Shown here in pieces: positions 8,189 to 16,224 of a stretch of DNA of 17,785 bases. Numbering within the stretch: position 1 is the stretch's first letter; each line of letters starts with the position of its first letter. A program made the translations under genes and the position numbers. Location of the stretch: the NCBI GenBank assembly GCA_043800755.1, contig JAZDMQ010000160.1, positions 1 through 17,785 of the forward strand, in the 5' to 3' direction. The stretch comes from a bacterium. Lineage in GTDB: Bacteria; Methylomirabilota; Methylomirabilia; CAVQYV01. Under the pieces are notes generated by a model that was not told the DNA's origin, did no database searches, and was given only the letters and a program-made list of their open reading frames with translations.

Positions 8189-10815
8189 TGAAGAATTCGT
8201 CTACCGCCAAAACCCCGATGCGCCTTCTATGGCATCCCCTGACCCTGATGCTGGGCGTGTTGATCATCCTGCCCTTCATTATCGTTCGACTTCACTCCAC
8301 CGTGTCTTTGGCTACGGAGATCCTCATCTTTGCCCTCCTGGCTTTGGGCTACAACCTGCTGTTGGGATATACCGGCCTCCTCTCTTTCGGCCATGGGGCC
8401 TTTTTTGGCATCGGGGCCTATGCGGCGGCCCTGATTCAAAAGAACTTCATCGCCGGGGTGATCACCCCTATCCTCCTGGGAGCGCTGGTCACTTTGGTCT
8501 TTGGGGTGATCATCGGCTTATTGCTGATGCGAAAACGCGGCGTCTACTTCGCTCTCCTGACCCTGGCCTTTACCCAGATGTTCTTCTACATCTTCTACCG
8601 CTGGACGGCCTTGACTGGGGGGGAGAATGGGCTGGGCGGGATCAGCCGCTTTCCCATCGGAATCCCCGGCGTCTTCGTGCTCGACCTCAATAAGCCCTTC
8701 GTCTACTACTACTTCGTGCTGGCCGTCATGCTGGCCTCTACCATCGTGATCTGGAGGATCGTTCATTCCCCATTTGGCCATGTTCTGCAAGCCATCCGGG
8801 AAAACGAACAGCGGGCAAGTTGCGTGGGCTACGACCCCAAGAGGTATAAGCTCCTGGCCTTCGTCCTCTCCACCACCTTTAGCGGCCTCGCAGGATCACT
8901 CTACGCCTTCCTGCTCTACTTCTGCTACCCCGAGGCGACCCATGTCACCTTCTCGGGAGAGATTGTGGCCATGACCGTGGTAGGAGGGATGCGCAACTTC
9001 TTTGGTCCCCTGGTGGGGGCGGGGGTCTTCGTCTTCCTGAGAGACTCCCTCTCTTCCCTGACCCAAAACTGGCTGCTGATCTTTGGCTTGGTCTTCATGG
9101 GCTTCATTCTCTTTTCGCCCAATGGGATCATGGGGATCGCCATGAGCCTCATGGGCTATTTCAAGGGCAAAGCAGCAAAAAGTACCCTTTTGCCTTCCCC
9201 GGAGGGCAAAACGGCCCTCGATTCGGGGGCGAAGGAAGGGGAGGAGGCCCATCTCCCCTCGCCCGAGGTGGCGGTTGCCGAGAGGCCCCGCTTTTCTGCG
9301 GACCGTCCAGAGGTCTTGGTGGCCAAGGGGGTCACCAAGCGGTTCGGGGCCCTGGTAGCGGTCAACGAGGTGAACTTGGTGGTGAGGGAGGGCGAGCTGC
9401 GTTCCATCATCGGGCCGAATGGGGCGGGCAAGACCACTTTCTTCAATGTGCTGGCGGGCCTTCTGCCCAGCGATGGGGGGGAGGTCCACTTCAAGGGGAG
9501 GCGCCTCACCGGAATGCTGCCACACCAGATCGTTGCCTGTGGGGTCTCCCGGTCCTTCCAGATCATCAGCATCTTTAAGGAATTGTCGGTCTTCGAGAAT
9601 GTCCGGGTCGCCATCCAGGCCAAGAGCAAACACCGTTTCGACCTCTTTTCCCGCACCGAGAAATTGGAGGATCTCAATCGCGAGGCCCGATCCATCCTGG
9701 AGACGGTAGGCCTTGCAGAGAAGACCTCCATCCCTGCCAGCAGCCTCTCGCATGGAGATCAGAGGTTGTTGGAGATCGGCATCTCCCTGGCCACGCATCC
9801 GGAGCTCTTGCTTCTGGACGAGCCATTGGCTGGCCTTTCTGCCCGGGAGCGCGTCCGGGTATCCGATCTCATCAGGCGGCTGACCGGATCCTACACCGTC
9901 CTCTTGATCGAGCATGACATCGATCGCGTGCTGGCGCTCTCCGATGTCATCACCGTCCTGCATCAGGGCCAGGTGATTGCCGAGGGGACCCCGGCGGAGA
10001 TCCAAGAGAACCATCAGGTTCAAGAGGCCTATCTGGGCGGTTTCAAGGTGGGCGAGGAATTTGTCGTGCAGGAAGCGGAGGAGCCCGCTCCAGTGTGCGA
10101 GAGGCGGGAGGGCGAAGCCCTGCTGGCGGTGGAGGGAATCAACACCTATTACGGCAAGAGCCACATCCTCCATGATGTCTGCCTGGAGGTCCTGGAGGGA
10201 GAGGTGGTTTGTCTCTTAGGACGGAATGGGGCGGGCAAGACCACGACCTTGAGTAGCATCATGGGAATCGTGGCCCCTCGAGACGGCAGCATCCGGTATC
10301 GAGGACAGGAGATCGCGGGACATCCCGCAGAGCAAGTGGCCCGCCTGGGGATCGGTTTGGTGCCCCAGGGAAGGAGGATCTTTCCCAATCTGACCGTGAC
10401 CGAAAACCTGAACATGGCCAAGCGAGACGGCACAAAGCAGTGGGACATCGAAAAGATCTTTCATCTCTTTCCTCAATTGGAGAGGTTTAAAGGCCGCCGG
10501 GGCGACACCCTCAGCGGCGGGGAGCTGCAGATGTTGGCCATTGCCCGGGCCCTGATGGGGAATCCCGAGGTGCTGATGCTGGACGAGCCCTTCGAGGGGC
10601 TGGCCCCCGCCATTGTGGAGGGGATCTGGAAGGTGATCCAGGAGATTAAGAATAAGAATGAGACCACCATCCTTTTGGTGGAGCAGAACGCGGACCTGGC
10701 CCTGGCGATTGCGGATCGAGCCTATGCGCTCAACAATGGGGTGATGGTTCATTCCGGGATCGCCAGAGAGCTTCTGGCGGATCGCGAGCTACGGGTGAGA
10801 TTGCTGGGGGTGTAG
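8188..10815 (+). CDS. Fused LivM permease + LivG ATPase + LivF ATPase
   Basis: 875 aa. Permease motifs GYTGLLSFGHGAFFG, TGGENG and AIRENE. First NBD: GPNGAGKTT, LSHGDQR, LLDEP, IEHD. Second NBD: GRNGAGKTT, LSGGELQ, MLDEP, LVEQN. No internal stop. Confidence 0.92.
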   Translation: MKNSSTAKTPMRLLWHPLTLMLGVLIILPFIIVRLHSTVSLATEILIFALLALGYNLLLGYTGLLSFGHGAFFGIGAYAAALIQKNFIAGVITPILLGALVTLVFGVIIGLLLMRKRGVYFALLTLAFTQMFFYIFYRWTALTGGENGLGGISRFPIGIPGVFVLDLNKPFVYYYFVLAVMLASTIVIWRIVHSPFGHVLQAIRENEQRASCVGYDPKRYKLLAFVLSTTFSGLAGSLYAFLLYFCYPEATHVTFSGEIVAMTVVGGMRNFFGPLVGAGVFVFLRDSLSSLTQNWLLIFGLVFMGFILFSPNGIMGIAMSLMGYFKGKAAKSTLLPSPEGKTALDSGAKEGEEAHLPSPEVAVAERPRFSADRPEVLVAKGVTKRFGALVAVNEVNLVVREGELRSIIGPNGAGKTTFFNVLAGLLPSDGGEVHFKGRRLTGMLPHQIVACGVSRSFQIISIFKELSVFENVRVAIQAKSKHRFDLFSRTEKLEDLNREARSILETVGLAEKTSIPASSLSHGDQRLLEIGISLATHPELLLLDEPLAGLSARERVRVSDLIRRLTGSYTVLLIEHDIDRVLALSDVITVLHQGQVIAEGTPAEIQENHQVQEAYLGGFKVGEEFVVQEAEEPAPVCERREGEALLAVEGINTYYGKSHILHDVCLEVLEGEVVCLLGRNGAGKTTTLSSIMGIVAPRDGSIRYRGQEIAGHPAEQVARLGIGLVPQGRRIFPNLTVTENLNMAKRDGTKQWDIEKIFHLFPQLERFKGRRGDTLSGGELQMLAIARALMGNPEVLMLDEPFEGLAPAIVEGIWKVIQEIKNKNETTILLVEQNADLALAIADRAYALNNGVMVHSGIARELLADRELRVRLLGV

Positions 10816-10866
10816 GAGAGATCAGACGATCGCCCGGGGATTTCTTCGCCGCAAAGGAGGGCAGCC

Positions 10867-11778
10867 GTGAAAGGATCGCTTCACTCTTATATGAAGATAG
10901 GCCTCGTTCTCGGCATGTCTTTTCCGGAGGCCGCCCAGGGAGGGGAACCCTTCCTATGGGCACTACGGAAGATCGCCGAGGACGATTTCTTCTCGGTGGT
11001 GGAGATCGGGAGCGTGAAGGAGGAGGCAATCCGCAGGCGGGCCCTGCAAATCCTCTCCTCGTCTTGCCTGGAGGTTGGTTTTTCGGGCGCTGGCGTCCTC
11101 ATGATGGGCAAGTACGATCTCAATGCCCTTGAGGAGACCAAGCGGAGGGAGGCGGTGAAGGTCGCCCTTTCCGCGTACGATGAAGGCCAAGAGATGGGGG
11201 CCCAGTTCTTTTCCCTGATCAGCGGTCCGAATCCCCCTGATCGGCGATCTGAGGCGATGCAACTCCTGGTCCAATCGCTCCAGGAGATCGGGGACTACGC
11301 TCGATCGCGGGGCGAGATCCCCATTGTCCTGGAGACCTTCGACTGCGAGATCGACAAGTGTTGCCTCATCGGGCCCTCCTCCGACGCCCTCTGGGTTGCC
11401 CAGGAGGTGGCCAAAGGATATCCTCGCTTCCGCCTGATGCTGGACTTATCGCATCTGCCCCTCCTGCATGAAAAACCGGCAGAGAGCCTCCGCATATTAG
11501 CCGGACATGTTGGCCACATCCACCTGGGCAACTGTGTACTTTCCGACAAGAAACATCCTGCCTACGGAGATAGCCACCCCCCTCTCGGCATTGCGGGCGG
11601 GGAGAACGATGTGGAGGAAGTGGTCGATTTCCTGCATGGCCTCTTCGAGATCGGCTATCTTAAGGAAGGTCAGCGGTCCAGGGTCTCCCTGGAGATCAAG
11701 CCCAGGCCAGGGGATGATCCGGAGGCGGTCTTGGCCGGATCGAAACGGGTCCTGGAGGAGGCCTGGGCCCGCACTTGA
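10867..11778 (+). CDS. Sugar phosphate isomerase/epimerase (xylose isomerase-like TIM barrel)
   Basis: Metal-ligand pattern VLETFD, LDLSHLP, GHIHLGN, YGDSHP and SLEIKP. GTG start 6 nt after AAGGAGG. Confidence 0.82.
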   Translation: MKGSLHSYMKIGLVLGMSFPEAAQGGEPFLWALRKIAEDDFFSVVEIGSVKEEAIRRRALQILSSSCLEVGFSGAGVLMMGKYDLNALEETKRREAVKVALSAYDEGQEMGAQFFSLISGPNPPDRRSEAMQLLVQSLQEIGDYARSRGEIPIVLETFDCEIDKCCLIGPSSDALWVAQEVAKGYPRFRLMLDLSHLPLLHEKPAESLRILAGHVGHIHLGNCVLSDKKHPAYGDSHPPLGIAGGENDVEEVVDFLHGLFEIGYLKEGQRSRVSLEIKPRPGDDPEAVLAGSKRVLEEAWART

Positions 11779-11825
11779 TCCCCTCAGGCCTGGAAGGGAT
11801 CGTTCAGGAGCGATACCGAAGAATG

Positions 11826-11870
11826 GAAAAAAGATGGGGCGCCCAACAGGGCGCCCCATTTGGTTCTTTT
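11826..11870. terminator. Bidirectional Rho-independent terminator
   Basis: ATGGGGCGCCC-aaca-GGGCGCCCCAT (11834-11859), preceded by an A-tract and followed by TTGGTTCTTTT, between the convergent isomerase and sor genes. Confidence 0.85.
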
Positions 11871-11880
11871 CGGACTCTTC

Positions 11881-12768
11881 TTAAGGGGCCAGATGCTTTC
11901 GCCAACTGGGGTCTTCCATCATGGGCCGGAAGAGCATGAGGTAGGGGCCGCGCAATACATGGGAAAGGACTTTCTCATTGTGGGCCTCCCGGATCTGGTG
12001 GTTGACCAGCATCTTGGCCAATCCGGAATGGGCCAACTCCGGCGTCTCCCACTCGGTGTGTACGATATACTCCGTGGGCCTGGGGGCCGCCTCCAGGGGG
12101 GAAAAGTTCCCCTTCTTTGCCTTGGGAGGATGAGCGCCCAGGGTCTGTAGGGCCTCCATCAAGGCGCCTGGGGCTAACTGGAAGCTTCCCAGGGCCGAGA
12201 CCCCGATTGCCTTCAGCAGCATATAGCCCAGGAATCCCGGCGATTGAGAGATCATCTCTAAAACCTGGGGCACCCCTTTCTCAAAGTCCCTCTCCTTGCC
12301 CTCCCTCACCGAATGCTCCGCCACGACGACCACCCTCTCCGGGTTAGCAAAGGAGCGCGTTGCCTGGGCCATCATCTCCCCGGCCGGGTAAGGCATCTTG
12401 GCGGCCACAATCTCATAAATCGGCTCCCACGGCCCCTCCACGACCATGGAGAGGCAGTGGCTGCAGAGCTCGAAGACCCGGTCGAACTCCTTCTGGTGGA
12501 AGTCTTCATGGTCCTGCCAGGACCTCCAGAAGGTATACTGGAACATCCCGATGGGATTGAGCTCCTTTTCCATGTGGATCTTGGCCCCGCCATACCGGCC
12601 CCCGAGAGGGAGGACCCCTATCTGCAGGCTATTTTCGTATCCCAAGAAACCAGGATGAGAGGCGGTCGTGATGCAGACCTTGGGACCCACCTCCATCATC
12701 AGCTTGAAGCTGGAGGGATCATTCACCACCTTTGATTTGTTGATCACCACTGCCATGGATGTCTTCAT
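11881..12768 (-). CDS. sor: Sulfur oxygenase reductase (SOR) family protein
   Basis: 295 aa from ATG 12768 (RBS AAGGAGG). Motifs VGPKVC32, HPGFLG, GGRYGGAK, QYTFW-x4-DH87EDFH91, C102xxC105, GPWE115PIYEI, AEHSV-x-EGKE and YIVHTEW...PMME match the Acidianus SOR catalytic set (C31, H86, H90, E114, C101, C104) as recalled. Confidence 0.93.
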   Translation of the reverse strand: MKTSMAVVINKSKVVNDPSSFKLMMEVGPKVCITTASHPGFLGYENSLQIGVLPLGGRYGGAKIHMEKELNPIGMFQYTFWRSWQDHEDFHQKEFDRVFELCSHCLSMVVEGPWEPIYEIVAAKMPYPAGEMMAQATRSFANPERVVVVAEHSVREGKERDFEKGVPQVLEMISQSPGFLGYMLLKAIGVSALGSFQLAPGALMEALQTLGAHPPKAKKGNFSPLEAAPRPTEYIVHTEWETPELAHSGLAKMLVNHQIREAHNEKVLSHVLRGPYLMLFRPMMEDPSWRKHLAP

Positions 12769-12821
12769 TTCAACCTCCTTTCTTGACCAGAGGCCTCTGC
12801 GCCCATCTTCGTCCCTCGACC

Positions 12822-14567
12822 CTATTTGCATCCTCGGAGATTGAGTCCGTGATAGGAGCAGAGGACATCCCCCTCATACTCCACATACATGCCCTCCAAG
12901 GGGCAAAGGGGAAATTTCTTATCAGGTAAGAACCGGGCAATGGCGTCCTGGTCGAATTCCCATTCCCCCTTGGCCTCCGCCTTGGCCCGTTTCACTGCCT
13001 CCTTGATCCGACAGATATTGTCGAAGCAGACATTCTTCCAATACTCGGGCCGAAAATCGAATTTCTTGAGGTTACCGAAGACCTGGGCGCCCTCGTTGAA
13101 TCCCTCGTAGACCAAGCTGGACGACATGGTGGCCATGGCCACGGCATCCACTTTGGGATCGAAGCTGAAGGCTTCGAAGAGGGATCTCCCTACGAAGCGC
13201 TTCTTGATCTTGTTGACATCCTCCTGGTCCCATTCCTCGTTCCCATACTTGGTGATCAAGAGAGGGGTGAAGTTCCGGATGATCCCCTCTTGATCCAATA
13301 CATAGAAATAGTGGGTATCGTGGCAGACATCGCAGAGGGTGATCTTGCCGACCACCTTGGCCAACAGATATCCCTCCCTCTCTCCCTGAGGGAACTTCCC
13401 CACATAGATCTGTTCCCCACTCTCCAACTTCGCCGGCTCCACCGAAGTCAGTTTGGGATTCACCTCCAGCATGGCCCCTTTGATCTTCTCCCGGACCTGC
13501 TCCTCGGACATATCGAGGTGAGGAGGCTCCAGGGCCTTTCCCTTGACGATCCCGGAGGCCACATCCAGGGTGATGGAGGGCCCCCGATAGGGGATCTTCC
13601 CCGCCTTATTGACCATGAGGATCAGGGGCTCCCCCTTTGCTCCCATCGCTTCACGAAGGTCCCGCTTGGGGTCCAGCAGCAAGCCTGCTGAATCGCCCAG
13701 CCCATCCTGGATGTCCTTTTCCGAAAGGGAGGCGTTGGGCAGCACCCAGGCCATGATCTCTTCCTTCAACTCGCCCATGATTTTCTTCAGTTCCTGCACC
13801 TGATTGGGGTTGTTCCGCAGGTCCGCGGCCCCGGGATAGGTCGTGGCCGCTGGCAGATAGAGCAGGAGGTACCCTTCGCGCAGATCGCTCAGGCGGAGAT
13901 TCTGTGATTTCAAGGATCCCTCCAGGCCCGGGAGCCTATTGCCCAGATCGTAGCCGGTCAACTCCCCCTTCAGGGCCTTCCGGATCTCCCGCAGGTAGGG
14001 CTGAGGAGATTCGACCCCTCCTCGGTGATAGTCGATGACGAAGCGACCCCCCCCTTCACCATAGGCAATGATATAGGAATGGGGGGTGGCGGGCGGGGCG
14101 CCGATGGAGGCGAAGGCCTTCTTCTCCGGGTCAGACAGGACCGGGTAGGACGCCCCGAACTCCTTCTTGAAGTCGATGATCTCCTGAGGGGTTCCCTTCA
14201 CCGCAATCCCCACCATCCTGACCTTCTCCGCCAGCACCGGGTCCTTCTTCAGGGAGGCGAGGAGCTCGTTGAAGATGGGGACCTGTTCGCGGCAGGTATG
14301 GCAGTAGACATTGAGAAACTCGACCAGTATCACCTCTTGCTTCAGGTCTTTGAGCGAGAGGGTGCCTCCGGGAGAGACTCCTAAGTAGGCAGAGTCCTCA
14401 GGGGAGAGGTTGTTTTCCAGGGTGAAATCCGGGAAAGGATCCCCCGGCCCCACGATCTTGTAAGCCATTTGCGCCCCGCAGGGAGGGATTGAAAGGAGAA
14501 GGAAGGTCAAGGAAAAAATGGCCCAAACCCCGATCTCACCCCATGGGATGAAGCGTTGCTTTCTCAT
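12822..14567 (-). CDS. Exported multidomain redox protein: TlpA/redoxin CxxC domain, degenerate second redoxin domain, CxxCH plus FMN-binding-like domain, Cys/His C-terminal domain
   Basis: ATG 14567 with RBS AAGGAGG. N-terminal hydrophobic segment, then GDPFPDFTL...EFLNVYCHTCREQVP...YPVLSDP...TP, ITLCDVCHDTH, VDAVAMATMSS, and CFDNIC...CPLEG...CSYHG. Confidence 0.7.
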   Translation of the reverse strand: MRKQRFIPWGEIGVWAIFSLTFLLLSIPPCGAQMAYKIVGPGDPFPDFTLENNLSPEDSAYLGVSPGGTLSLKDLKQEVILVEFLNVYCHTCREQVPIFNELLASLKKDPVLAEKVRMVGIAVKGTPQEIIDFKKEFGASYPVLSDPEKKAFASIGAPPATPHSYIIAYGEGGGRFVIDYHRGGVESPQPYLREIRKALKGELTGYDLGNRLPGLEGSLKSQNLRLSDLREGYLLLYLPAATTYPGAADLRNNPNQVQELKKIMGELKEEIMAWVLPNASLSEKDIQDGLGDSAGLLLDPKRDLREAMGAKGEPLILMVNKAGKIPYRGPSITLDVASGIVKGKALEPPHLDMSEEQVREKIKGAMLEVNPKLTSVEPAKLESGEQIYVGKFPQGEREGYLLAKVVGKITLCDVCHDTHYFYVLDQEGIIRNFTPLLITKYGNEEWDQEDVNKIKKRFVGRSLFEAFSFDPKVDAVAMATMSSSLVYEGFNEGAQVFGNLKKFDFRPEYWKNVCFDNICRIKEAVKRAKAEAKGEWEFDQDAIARFLPDKKFPLCPLEGMYVEYEGDVLCSYHGLNLRGCK

Positions 14568-14626
14568 TGGAACCCTCCTTTTTCGAGGTCTGGGGATCGC
14601 TCCGGATCGCACTCCGTCCAGCCCTC

Positions 14627-14655
14627 ATTTAAACAGGAATGATCATTCAAGTCAA
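14627..14655 (-). promoter_or_regulatory. Putative sigma70 promoter with palindromic operator in the spacer, upstream of the redox protein-sor unit
   Basis: TTGACT (14655-14650), 17 nt, TTAAAT (14632-14627). The perfect palindrome GAATGATCATTC (14637-14648) sits in the spacer. Confidence 0.55.
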
Positions 14656-14720
14656 CGAGGTTTGCCCTCTTGCCGGTCCATTTTCTACATAGATGATCCG
14701 CCTCTGCTTCGGTCGCACCT

Positions 14721-15863
14721 CTAAAGCAGCCTTCCCTTGCGAATCGTATGTCGCATGGCCAGCCTTCCCTTGCCCTCCAGGGTGTGCCCATAATAATCCC
14801 GGAAGGCGACTGGACCCTCCTCCCAGCGGAAGATCGAGAGGTCGGCGGGCTCGTTTGGCTGAAGCCCCTTTGCTCGATTTCCTTGGCCTGCTGCCCGCAG
14901 AGGAGTCCGCGTGACCATGGGCAAGGCCTCTTCCATGCTCAGGCCGAAATTCAAGAACTTGGAGACCGTGGTGGGCAGGTCAATGACCAGCTCCTTGATG
15001 TTCCGGGAGCTCAAGTCGGTGCTGATGATATCGGGCAAGAACCCTGCGTCCAGGGCAGCCTGGATCACAGAGAAATCGGAGTGAAACTGGGCCAGGCCCA
15101 CATCCATCCAGACCCCCCGCTGGCGGGCCTCCAGGAACTCGGCCCTCACCTTTCCCTGCTCGTCGATCAGAGCCTCGGGGCCGGGATGGTAGATGTGAGT
15201 CAGGATGTCTCCTTCCCGCAGGTAGGGGAGGATCTCCCGGAGGGATGGGGGGGAGGGCGCCAGATGCACCATGAGGGGAAGATGCGTCTGGTCCGCGGCG
15301 GATCGTGCCAGCTCGAGCGGGGCCAAGGAACTGAGCCCGTGATAGGCCCGCATCTTCACCCCCACGACGAGATCCCGGTTCTCTTCGATGGTCTCTAAGG
15401 CGGAAGGCAGATGGGCCAAGGGGGGATAGTCGAGCTCCTGCACGGTCAATCCCTCGATTCCCACGGTGGCCAGGCCGACGCAGGAGATATTGAGGAAGGC
15501 GAGAAGGCGAAAGGCCGACGGCTCGATGACCGATTTCCGGAAGGAGTGGAAGTTGCACGAGCCCGCACTGCCCCCATCAATCAGGGTGATCACTCCGGAC
15601 CGGGCGGCCAGGGCCTCCGGATCCACGCTGACATGAGTGCCGGGCCAGAAGATGTGGCAATGGAAGTCGACCAGGCCGGGGAAGACCCAATCCCCCTGCA
15701 GCTCCAGCGTCTCCTTTGCCTCCGAGGCGGGGATTTCTTGCTCCACGCGGGCGATCCGTTGCCCCTTGATTCCAATGTCATAAGGACCCATCAGGCCACT
15801 GAGTGGATCCAGGGCCCTCCCTCCCTTGATCAGCAGATCGAATTCCCTTTCCCTTTCCTCCAC
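14721..15863 (-). CDS. Dihydroorotase-like amidohydrolase/deacetylase family metallohydrolase
   Basis: DLLIKGG, PGLVDFHCH, SGVITLIDGGSAG, GVKMR (carboxylated Lys position), MVH, GDILTH and IISTD. GTG start at 15863 behind AAAGGAG. Confidence 0.87.
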   Translation of the reverse strand: MEEREREFDLLIKGGRALDPLSGLMGPYDIGIKGQRIARVEQEIPASEAKETLELQGDWVFPGLVDFHCHIFWPGTHVSVDPEALAARSGVITLIDGGSAGSCNFHSFRKSVIEPSAFRLLAFLNISCVGLATVGIEGLTVQELDYPPLAHLPSALETIEENRDLVVGVKMRAYHGLSSLAPLELARSAADQTHLPLMVHLAPSPPSLREILPYLREGDILTHIYHPGPEALIDEQGKVRAEFLEARQRGVWMDVGLAQFHSDFSVIQAALDAGFLPDIISTDLSSRNIKELVIDLPTTVSKFLNFGLSMEEALPMVTRTPLRAAGQGNRAKGLQPNEPADLSIFRWEEGPVAFRDYYGHTLEGKGRLAMRHTIRKGRLL

Positions 15864-15973
15864 GATTGGCTCCTTTCTCGGTAGGCTGCCTCGGGGCATA
15901 TTACCCGATTTGACCTCGGAGGGAAAGCCCCTTTCTCGGAGACATAGGAAGGCAAGCGGGGCACCTTTTTTGC

Positions 15974-16002
15974 TTGACACCCTCTCTCCCCCGTGCTATG
16001 AA
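15974..16002 (+). promoter_or_regulatory. Sigma70 promoter for leader-aroA'-aroB'
   Basis: TTGACA (15974-15979), 17-nt spacer ending TGC, TATGAA (15997-16002), giving an extended -10 TGn. T-tract upstream. Confidence 0.7.
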
Positions 16003-16050
16003 ACCACCAATCGATCCAAAAACCTTGTCTTCAAGGAGTTTGAGACAACG

Positions 16051-16113
16051 GTGGAAAATCTTAGCGCTATCTTCGGGCTCGGCTGTACCTTTTGGTACTA
16101 TTACTATAGCTGA
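16051..16113 (+). CDS. Aromatic amino acid-rich attenuator leader peptide MENLSAIFGLGCTFWYYYYS
   Basis: GTG start 12 nt after AAGGAG (16033-16038). Six consecutive aromatic codons TTT TGG TAC TAT TAC TAT (16090-16107) precede AGC TGA. It lies between the promoter and the aromatic biosynthesis genes. Confidence 0.8.
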   Translation: MENLSAIFGLGCTFWYYYYS

Positions 16114-16224
16114 GCCTGCCTGCGCCCGTTAGCGCCTGTCAAGGGCCGTGGGTAGGTAAAAAGACCCACGGCCTTTCTGTTTTATTTGAGCCGTGGGAGG
16201 TCATCTTCCGCGGCTTTTCATTTT
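16075..16224 (+). promoter_or_regulatory. Transcription attenuator with alternative hairpins A:B, C:D, E:F versus B:C, D:E
   Basis: Pairings checked base by base by hand: A 16075-16087 with 16105-16117; 16114-16127 with 16143-16157; 16141-16153 with 16164-16176; 16165-16172 with 16190-16197; 16189-16200 with 16204-16215. Confidence 0.78.
16188..16224 (+). terminator. Attenuator terminator hairpin (E:F) with U-tract
   Basis: AGCCGTGGGAGG-tca-TCTTCCGCGGCT followed by TTTCATTTT, about 30 nt upstream of the aroA' start. Confidence 0.72.

Noticed and set aside
8896..10173. 425-aa minus-strand ORF and other overlapping ORFs in the track
   Set aside because: They lie antisense or out of frame to well-supported genes and show no family motifs.
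14292..14303. CHTC as a heme c motif
   Set aside because: It is followed by Arg, not His, and sits in a thioredoxin-fold context.
15826..16113. 95-aa ORF as a full-length protein
   Set aside because: Its 5' part overlaps the divergent gene start and the promoter. Only the last 20 codons, downstream of the promoter and SD, are credible (the leader peptide).
16005..16224. T-box riboswitch as the explanation of the aro leader
   Set aside because: No T-box consensus (AAGGTGGxACC-like) next to the terminator. The aromatic-codon ORF explains the structure better.
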